A stretch of 64,000 nucleotides of DNA from Ruminococcus champanellensis 18P13 = JCM 17042. Its GTDB lineage: Bacteria > Bacillota > Clostridia > Oscillospirales > Ruminococcaceae. Under the pieces are notes generated by a model. It did no database searches and was not told the origin of the DNA. It worked only from the letters and a program-made list of their open reading frames with translations. Position numbers and translations under genes: made by a program. This document shows, piece after piece, positions 57,666 through 64,000 of this stretch. Positions within the stretch are counted from its first letter, which is position 1. Each line of letters begins with the position of its first letter. Where the stretch lies: NCBI RefSeq assembly GCF_000210095.1, contig NC_021039.1:615863-679862 (forward strand). The letters are read 5' to 3'.

Positions 57666-59879
57666 CTACATCCGGGTGTGGAAGGTGCGGTGGATCACGT
57701 CAAGCTGCTGCTCCCGGGTCAGCTTGATGAAGTTGACCGCATAGCCGCTGACCCGGATGGTCAACTGGGGATACAGCTCCGGATGATCCATTGCATCGAT
57801 CAGCGTCTCCCGGTTCATGACGTTTACGTTCATATGGTGTCCGTGCTCCCGGGTGTAGCCGTCCAGCAGGGCAACCAGGTTGTTTTCCTTGTCCTCCTCG
57901 TTCTTGCCCAGTGCGTCCGGAATGATGGAGAAGGTGTAGGAAATGCCGTCCTCTGCGTAGGCATAGGGGATCTTGGATACGGACAGCATGGATGCGATGC
58001 AGCCATTGGTGTCCCTGCCGTGCATGGGATTTGCTCCCGGTGCGAAGGGCTCCCCTGCCTTTCTGCCATCCGGGGTGGAGCCGGTTTTCTTGCCGTATAC
58101 TACGTTGGAGGTAATGGTGAGGATGGACATGGTGGGAATGGAATTCCGGTAGGTTCTCCGGCGGGACAGCCGCTTCATGAACCGCTCCACCACCATGGTG
58201 GCAAGCTCGTCCACTCTGGGATCGTTATTGCCGAACTTGGGGTAATCCCCCTCAATGGCAAAGTCGGTGGCGATGCCTGCTGCATTCCGGATGGGGGTCA
58301 CCTTGGCATACTTGATGGCGGACAGGCTGTCCACCACCACGGAAAGCCCTGCCAGACCGCAGGCGGAGGTGCGGATGATGTTCTCATCGTGGAGCGCCAT
58401 TTGCAGCCGTTCGTAGCAGTACTTGTCGTGCATGAAGTGAATGATGTTCAGGGTGTTGATATACAGCTTGGTGAGCCATTCACACACATATTCAAACTTA
58501 CTGTAGACCTCATCAAACTGGAGGGGCCCATCCGACAGTTGTCCCACACCCTGGCACAGCCGATCCTCGTACCGCTCGTCCCTGCCGTCGTTGATGGCAT
58601 ACAGCAGCGCCTTCGCCAGGTTGGCTCTTGCCCCGAAGAACTGCATCTGCTTGCCGATGGGCATGGCAGATACGCAGCAGGCGATGCCGTAATCATCTCC
58701 GAACCGTTCCCGCATCAGCTCATCGTTCTCGTACTGGATGGAGGAGGTGCTGATGGAGATCCGGGCGCAGAATTTCTTGAAGGGCTCCGGCAGCCGGTGA
58801 CTCCACAGTACCGTCAGGTTCGGCTCCGGTGCAGGCCCCAGGTTTACCAGGGTATGCAGGAACCGGTAGCTCATCTTGGTGACCATGGGTCTGCCGTCCT
58901 CACACATGCCGCCAATGGATTCGGTGACCCAGGTGGGATCGCCGGAGAACAGCTCATCATAGGCAGGGGTACGCAGGAACCGTACCATCCGCAGCTTCAT
59001 AATGAAGTGATCTACCAGCTCCTGGATCTGTTCTTCGGTAAAGGTACCGCTTTTCAGATCCTGCTCTGCGTAGATATCCAGGAAGGTGGACACCCGCCCC
59101 AGGGACATGGCGGCACCGTTCTGCTCCTTAATGGCTGCCAGATAGCCGAAGTACAGCCACTGGATGGCCTCCTGGGTGTTCTCTGCCGGCCGGGAAATGT
59201 CGAAGCCGTAGCCTGCCGCCATTTCCTTAAGCTCCTTCAGCGCCTTGATCTGTTCCGCCATTTCCTCCAGGTTCCGCACCGTATCCCCGTACATGGGCTC
59301 TGCATCATGTGCCTTCTTGGCAGCGATCTTGTCCTCGATGAGCCGATCCACCCCGTACAGGGGGATCCGCCGGTAATCCCCGATGATGCGCCCTCTGCCG
59401 TATGCGTCCGGCAGGCCGGTGATGATGCCTGTGTGCCGGGCACGCTTCATATCGTCGGTGTACACGTCAAATACCCCATCGTTGTGGGTCTTCCGGTATT
59501 TGAATACGTTTTCCACATCCGGGGGCAGTTCTCTGCCGTAGGCTGCCAGGGAATTGCGCACCATGCGGATACCGCCGAAGGGCATAATGGCACGCTTCAG
59601 AGGTGCGTCCGTCTGCAAGCCCACAATGGTTTCCAGTTCTTTGTCGATGTAGCCGCATTTGTGGGAGGTGATGGTGGAAATGGTGTGCTCGTCAATATCC
59701 AGCACGCCTCCTGCCTTCCGCTCCTGCTCCAGCAGGGCGAGCACCTTGTCCCACAGCGCCCTGGTACGGGCAGTGGGGGGCGCAAGAAAGCTGTCGTCCC
59801 CTTCATAGGGTGTATAGTTCTGGATGATAAAGTCCCGCAGATTGATCTCCTTGTCCCAGATGCCGCTTTTGAATTTCAT
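57666..59879 (-). CDS. pflB: Formate C-acetyltransferase (pyruvate formate-lyase)
   Basis: '[18 protein letters not shown]' N-terminus, catalytic 'CCVS', C-terminal glycyl-radical motif 'RVSGYAV'; start at MKFKSG (the table ORF extends 28 codons further upstream). Confidence 0.95.
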   Translation of the reverse strand: MKFKSGIWDKEINLRDFIIQNYTPYEGDDSFLAPPTARTRALWDKVLALLEQERKAGGVLDIDEHTISTITSHKCGYIDKELETIVGLQTDAPLKRAIMPFGGIRMVRNSLAAYGRELPPDVENVFKYRKTHNDGVFDVYTDDMKRARHTGIITGLPDAYGRGRIIGDYRRIPLYGVDRLIEDKIAAKKAHDAEPMYGDTVRNLEEMAEQIKALKELKEMAAGYGFDISRPAENTQEAIQWLYFGYLAAIKEQNGAAMSLGRVSTFLDIYAEQDLKSGTFTEEQIQELVDHFIMKLRMVRFLRTPAYDELFSGDPTWVTESIGGMCEDGRPMVTKMSYRFLHTLVNLGPAPEPNLTVLWSHRLPEPFKKFCARISISTSSIQYENDELMRERFGDDYGIACCVSAMPIGKQMQFFGARANLAKALLYAINDGRDERYEDRLCQGVGQLSDGPLQFDEVYSKFEYVCEWLTKLYINTLNIIHFMHDKYCYERLQMALHDENIIRTSACGLAGLSVVVDSLSAIKYAKVTPIRNAAGIATDFAIEGDYPKFGNNDPRVDELATMVVERFMKRLSRRRTYRNSIPTMSILTITSNVVYGKKTGSTPDGRKAGEPFAPGANPMHGRDTNGCIASMLSVSKIPYAYAEDGISYTFSIIPDALGKNEEDKENNLVALLDGYTREHGHHMNVNVMNRETLIDAMDHPELYPQLTIRVSGYAVNFIKLTREQQLDVIHRTFHTRM

Positions 59880-59979
59880 GGCTTCCTCCTTGTTCCGTGA
59901 ACCAAATCCAATATCAATATGTTGTGTGGATTCACCGGGAATATACCCGAAGAAGCACAACATTTGCTATATTCACTAT

Positions 59980-60008
59980 AGCACACTTTCAACAGTCTGT
60001 CAATGTGG
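59980..60008 (-). promoter_or_regulatory. pflB promoter (minus strand TTGACA-17-TATAGT)
   Basis: Reverse strand reads ttgacagactgttgaaagtgtgctatagtg about 100 nt upstream of the start. Confidence 0.5.
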
Positions 60009-60066
60009 CATTGCTCCACAAAAACTTTGACTATCCGGCGCAAAAATGGTATACTATGAAAGAACA

Positions 60067-60555
60067 TCAATACCCGCTGCTGCCGGTCAGGGATTCGTCC
60101 TGCTCCACCCAGTCGGACACAGTGATGATCTTATACGCATCCCGGGTCTGACGGACAATCACCTGCTTGATGCCGGCGTTGATGATGAGCCGCTTGCACA
60201 TGGAGCAGGGTTCCACTTCCCCGTCCAGCTGATCCGTCCGGGCATCGTGACAGGCAAGGTACAGGGTGGCGTCGATCATGTCCGCCCGGGCGGCGGATAA
60301 AATGGCGTTCTGCTCTGCATGCACCGACCGGCACAGCTCATATCGCTGTCCCTTGGGAACGCCCAGCTTGTCCCGGGTGCAGTAATTCAGATCATTGCAG
60401 TTTTTTCTGCCCCGGGGCGCACCGACGTATCCGGTGGAAATGATCTCATCATGCTTTACAATAATGGCACCGAACTTGCGGCGGATGCAGGTGCTGCGCT
60501 CCAGTACGGTTTCGGCAATATCCAGGTAATAATTGATTTTATCACGGCGAAGCAT
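60067..60555 (-). CDS. comEB: dCMP deaminase (cytidine/deoxycytidylate deaminase zinc-binding, ComEB-like)
   Basis: 'HAEQNAI' and 'PCSMCKRLI' zinc-ligand motifs. Confidence 0.85.
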   Translation of the reverse strand: MLRRDKINYYLDIAETVLERSTCIRRKFGAIIVKHDEIISTGYVGAPRGRKNCNDLNYCTRDKLGVPKGQRYELCRSVHAEQNAILSAARADMIDATLYLACHDARTDQLDGEVEPCSMCKRLIINAGIKQVIVRQTRDAYKIITVSDWVEQDESLTGSSGY

Positions 60556-60649
60556 TGAATACCCTCCTTATGCATCAATAGATACATATAGTATAGCAAA
60601 GTCGGGGGCAAAATGCAAGATTGGCTTGCAAGAAAGGACAGGTTATCAT

Positions 60650-61507
60650 ATGGAGAATCTGACGAATATTTCAGTGGTGCAGGATCTGGCACGGCGGCAC
60701 GGCTTTCATTTTTCCAAGGGGCTGGGGCAGAATTTCCTCATCAACCCTACAGTCTGCCCCCGGATCGCCGAATTGGGCAACGCCAGACCCGGCTTCGGGG
60801 TGCTGGAGATCGGAACGGGCTTTGGGGTGCTGACGGCGGAGCTTGCAAAGCGTGCGGATAAGGTGGTGGCAGTGGAGATCGATCAGCGGCTGCTGCCGGT
60901 GCTGGAGGAGACCCTGGCGGACTTTGACAACGTGAAGATCGTGCCAGGGGATATTATGAAAATTGACGTGGCGGCATTGCTCCGGCAGGAGTTCGGGGGG
61001 CTTCCTGTTGCAGTATGCGCCAATCTGCCCTATTATATCACTTCACCCATTCTGATGCTGCTGCTGGAAAGCCGGTTGCCCCTCACCTCCATTACCGTCA
61101 TGGTGCAGAAGGAAGCGGCCCAGCGGCTCTGCGCCCAGGTGGGTACCCGGGAGGCAGGGGCGATCACGGTGGGAGTCCATTACTACGGGGAAGCCAGACA
61201 ACTGTTCCCTGTATCACGGGGCAGCTTTATGCCGGCACCCAACGTGGACTCGGCGGTGATCCGCATCGATCTGCACGAAAATCCCCATCCGGAGGGGCTG
61301 GATGAGGGCTTTTTCTTCCGGATGGTGAAGGCAGGCTTTTCCCAGCGGCGCAAGACCCTCGCCAACAGTCTTGCCTCCCTGCTGGGGATCCCGAAGCAGG
61401 CGGTGTATGCTGCCCTGGAGCAGGCAGGGCTTGCGCCTGCTGCCCGGATAGAGCAGCTGACCATGGAACAGCTGTTTGCCCTTGCCCGGATCCTGCAATC
61501 GGCATGA
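60650..61507 (+). CDS. rsmA: 16S rRNA (adenine1518/1519-N6)-dimethyltransferase
   Basis: 'GQNFLIN', 'VLEIGTGFGVLT' SAM motif, 'NLPYYITSPIL'. Confidence 0.9.
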   Translation: MENLTNISVVQDLARRHGFHFSKGLGQNFLINPTVCPRIAELGNARPGFGVLEIGTGFGVLTAELAKRADKVVAVEIDQRLLPVLEETLADFDNVKIVPGDIMKIDVAALLRQEFGGLPVAVCANLPYYITSPILMLLLESRLPLTSITVMVQKEAAQRLCAQVGTREAGAITVGVHYYGEARQLFPVSRGSFMPAPNVDSAVIRIDLHENPHPEGLDEGFFFRMVKAGFSQRRKTLANSLASLLGIPKQAVYAALEQAGLAPAARIEQLTMEQLFALARILQSA

Positions 61508-61617
61508 TCTTCATTGCCCCGGCATTTCCCAATGGAATGCCGCCGGAACAACCGGAATGCTGCAAGGGCTTGCGACAGGATTCCGCCTGCCTGCCGTGGT
61601 ATACTTTCTGTATCAAA

Positions 61618-61650
61618 GCAGCATCGCACAAAGAGCATGCGGTGCTGTCG
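61618..61650 (+). repeat. Minimal copy (E) of the inverted-repeat hairpin element in the spoIIE 5' UTR
   Basis: GCAGCATCGCACAAAG-agca-TGCGGTGCTG; left arm 15/16 identical to the family repeat. Confidence 0.4.
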
Positions 61651-61684
61651 CAATGAAACGGATGGAGAAAGTGGGCGGATACAT

Positions 61685-63910
61685 ATGATCAAGGAACGTA
61701 CAACCGAGCGTCTGACACGGGGACAGGCAGGGGCATTGCTGCTGTCCGGTGTCAGCGCTTTTTTGCTGACCGGTGCCCGGTTCGGGGAATTTTCCTCCCC
61801 CTTGCAGGTCTCCCTGGCGGCGGTGGTGTCCCCCCTCCAGGGGGTGGCGGTTCTGGCTGGGAGCCTGTTTGCCTCCGTGACCCAGGGAACCCTGGGGGAT
61901 GCACCGGTGCTGCTGTGCGCCCTGGTGATGATCGTGCTGTCCGGGTTTGTGCTGCCCCGGCGGACAAGTGCCGGGATGGGCGCTCTGGCGGCGGCAGCCG
62001 GGCTCAGTATTTCCGCCGGATTGTTTTTTGTGATCGGGGGCATCGACCTGGCGGATCTGGCGCTGTATCTGTGCATGGCAGTGCTGGCTGGAGTGGCGGC
62101 ATACTTTGCCGCAGAGGCGCTGACTGCCTTTCGCCCTGCCGCTGGGGGATACAGCGAGCCGAACGGCTGCGCCTTCGGGGTATGCTTTCTGCTGGTGACC
62201 GGGGCACTGGGATCCGCCCAGCTTTGGATCTGTAACCTGGGCGTGATCTTTGCCGGGTTTGTGCTCTTGCAGGGGGCAAAACGCTATGGCATTGCCGGGG
62301 GCACCGTCTGCGGTGTGCTGGCTTCCGCCGGATTGATGCTTTGCAGCCGGGAACTGGGGGACGCTGCTGCATTCCTCGCCCTGTCCGGTATGGCTGCCGG
62401 ATACTTTGCGGATTTTCATAAGGGTGCTGTATGCCTGCTGTTCCTGGCGATTCAGGGAGCAGGACAACTGCTGCTGGGGACGGATTCAGCAGCCATCCTT
62501 CTGCTTCTGAATCTGTCGGCAGGATGCCTTTTGTATCTGGCACTGCCGGTGGAGGGAATCCTGGAGCAGTGGCTGCCGGAGGTTGGGGGAGAGGAAGCGC
62601 CCGCCGGCTTTGCGGCGGTGCAGATGGACTACCTGGCACATGCCCTTGCAGGGGTGCGGCAGAATGCTCAGCAGATCGCCCGGATGCTGGAACGGAACGG
62701 ATGCCGGGAAACCACCGCCCAGAGCGTGTGTGAGCAGGTATGCCGCAGCTGCTCCCGGCGATTGGAATGCTGGGAGGAGCGATACGAGGAAACGGCGGAG
62801 GCGTTCCGGTGTGCGGCTGCCGGGGATGGCACAGAGCTGCCGGAGGCTTTGCAGGACTGCGCAAGGGCACAGACCCTGCTGGTACATATGCAGCAGGCAC
62901 AGCGGCAGGCGGCTTTGCACCGGATGCTGTCCGCCCGGCTGACGGAATCCCAGGGATTTCTCTTTTCCCAGATGGAACTGACGGAGGAACTGCTTGGCAC
63001 TGCCGGACAGCGACTGGCGGTATCCTACAGCCGGAGCATGACCCGGAAGGTGACCCAGCGGCTAGAACGGGAGGGATATCCGGTACATACTGCGGTGGCA
63101 TACCGGTCGGCGGAGGGCAGGCTGGCGCTGGAGCTGTACGCCTTTGCGGATGCGGCGCCGGATGGGGGCTCTGTCCGGGACTGCTTGTCCGATGCTTTGG
63201 GTATGGAGCTGGATTATACGGAGGGCAGGCTTGCCGGGGAGGAGGTGCGGATCTGTCTGTGGGAGCGTCCTCCCTATGGTCTGGCGGTGTTTGCAGCCCA
63301 GTCCTCCGCCCGGGATGAGGAACCGCCGGGGGACAGCTATGACCAGTTCAGTGACGGCAGGGGGCATCAGTATCTGGTGCTGTCCGATGGCATGGGCTCC
63401 GGCAGGCGTGCTTCCCTGGATGCCCGGCTGGTGCTGTCCAACTTCCGGCGGCTCATTGAAATGGGAGTGTCCATGCAGACGGCGGTGGGCATGGTGAATC
63501 ATATCATGCTGACCAAGTCCACGGAGGAAACCTTTGCCACCCTGGATATTGCCCGGATCAGCCAGGAAACCGGCGAGACCTTGCTGGTGAAATATGGAGC
63601 AGCCCCTACTCTGATCCAGCAGGGACAGGTGGTGACCATGTACCAGACCCCCACCTTCCCCATCGGCATCGTGGGCAGGCCGGAGGCGCATGTGACCCGA
63701 CTCCGGCTGGAGGATTCGGATGTGATTGTGCTGATGTCCGACGGGGTGGAGGACAGCGAGTACGCCTTTGTCAAGCAGAAGCTGTTGGCAGGAGGCTCCC
63801 TCCAGCAGGCTGCCCAAGCCATCTGCTGTAAGGCACAGCGCAGTGCGGCAGACGGCAGACCGGACGATATCACAGTGTTGCTGGCGCAGGTCAGAAGGAA
63901 CACGGACTAA
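61685..63910 (+). CDS. spoIIE: Stage II sporulation protein E (PP2C serine phosphatase with 10-TM N-terminus)
   Basis: Polytopic N-terminal domain, C-terminal PP2C 'LVLSDGMGSG', 'VLMSDGV'; start MIKERTTERL (table ORF 61514 is an extension). Confidence 0.85.
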   Translation: MIKERTTERLTRGQAGALLLSGVSAFLLTGARFGEFSSPLQVSLAAVVSPLQGVAVLAGSLFASVTQGTLGDAPVLLCALVMIVLSGFVLPRRTSAGMGALAAAAGLSISAGLFFVIGGIDLADLALYLCMAVLAGVAAYFAAEALTAFRPAAGGYSEPNGCAFGVCFLLVTGALGSAQLWICNLGVIFAGFVLLQGAKRYGIAGGTVCGVLASAGLMLCSRELGDAAAFLALSGMAAGYFADFHKGAVCLLFLAIQGAGQLLLGTDSAAILLLLNLSAGCLLYLALPVEGILEQWLPEVGGEEAPAGFAAVQMDYLAHALAGVRQNAQQIARMLERNGCRETTAQSVCEQVCRSCSRRLECWEERYEETAEAFRCAAAGDGTELPEALQDCARAQTLLVHMQQAQRQAALHRMLSARLTESQGFLFSQMELTEELLGTAGQRLAVSYSRSMTRKVTQRLEREGYPVHTAVAYRSAEGRLALELYAFADAAPDGGSVRDCLSDALGMELDYTEGRLAGEEVRICLWERPPYGLAVFAAQSSARDEEPPGDSYDQFSDGRGHQYLVLSDGMGSGRRASLDARLVLSNFRRLIEMGVSMQTAVGMVNHIMLTKSTEETFATLDIARISQETGETLLVKYGAAPTLIQQGQVVTMYQTPTFPIGIVGRPEAHVTRLRLEDSDVIVLMSDGVEDSEYAFVKQKLLAGGSLQQAAQAICCKAQRSAADGRPDDITVLLAQVRRNTD

Positions 63911-64000
63911 GAAGGCGGCATCAGCCGCCTTCTTTATGCCTTGCAGAATTTTGTGAAAAATATACGAGGAGTCAAGGCGTTTTCCACGTGATTTTTTGCG

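Noticed and set aside
60024-60054. + strand TTGACT-17-TATACT promoter-like sequence reading antisense into the dCMP deaminase gene
   Set aside because: No downstream + strand gene or terminator; more economically explained as part of the divergent pflB control region (the minus-strand pflB promoter is adjacent). A possible antisense transcript cannot be supported from sequence alone.

Overview
This is a 64-kb chromosomal segment from a high-GC (~58-60%) Gram-positive anaerobe, probably Oscillospiraceae/Ruminococcaceae-like Clostridia (dockerin-bearing CAZymes, spoIIE, PFL). Coding density is high. Mostly core genes: mreBCD-pbp2-minD, hisS, aspS, ispE, pflAB, rsmA, dut, zapA. Accessory blocks: a polysaccharide deacetylase plus three SGNH/CE2-type esterases, an acyl-ACP thioesterase, and a dockerin-tagged GH44-like glycosidase; a csoR-copA-copZ copper operon with its operator; feoA-feoA-feoB plus the Cys-rich FeoB partner; an orphan PstS-like binding protein with reversed half order; an ABC-2 exporter behind a leader-peptide attenuator; an operon of a small CxxC protein plus a P1B-6-like P-type ATPase with an 'SCA' membrane motif; and a short AT-rich islet beside tRNA-Thr. 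Most interesting non-coding signals: (i) a family of inverted-repeat hairpin elements (TTAAGGCAACAYCGCACAAAG ... CTTTGTGCGGTGTTGCCTTAA), at least five copies, all just upstream of + strand genes; (ii) a shared operator-like palindrome GTTAGC-N4-GCTAA(C) immediately downstream of the -10 of both the feo promoter and the P1B-6 ATPase promoter, suggesting one metal regulon; (iii) a promoter/terminator-bounded candidate sRNA between convergent genes. No CRISPR array, rRNA, integrase or transposase was seen. All calls come from reading the sequence and ORF translations; family names are from motif recognition, not database searches.
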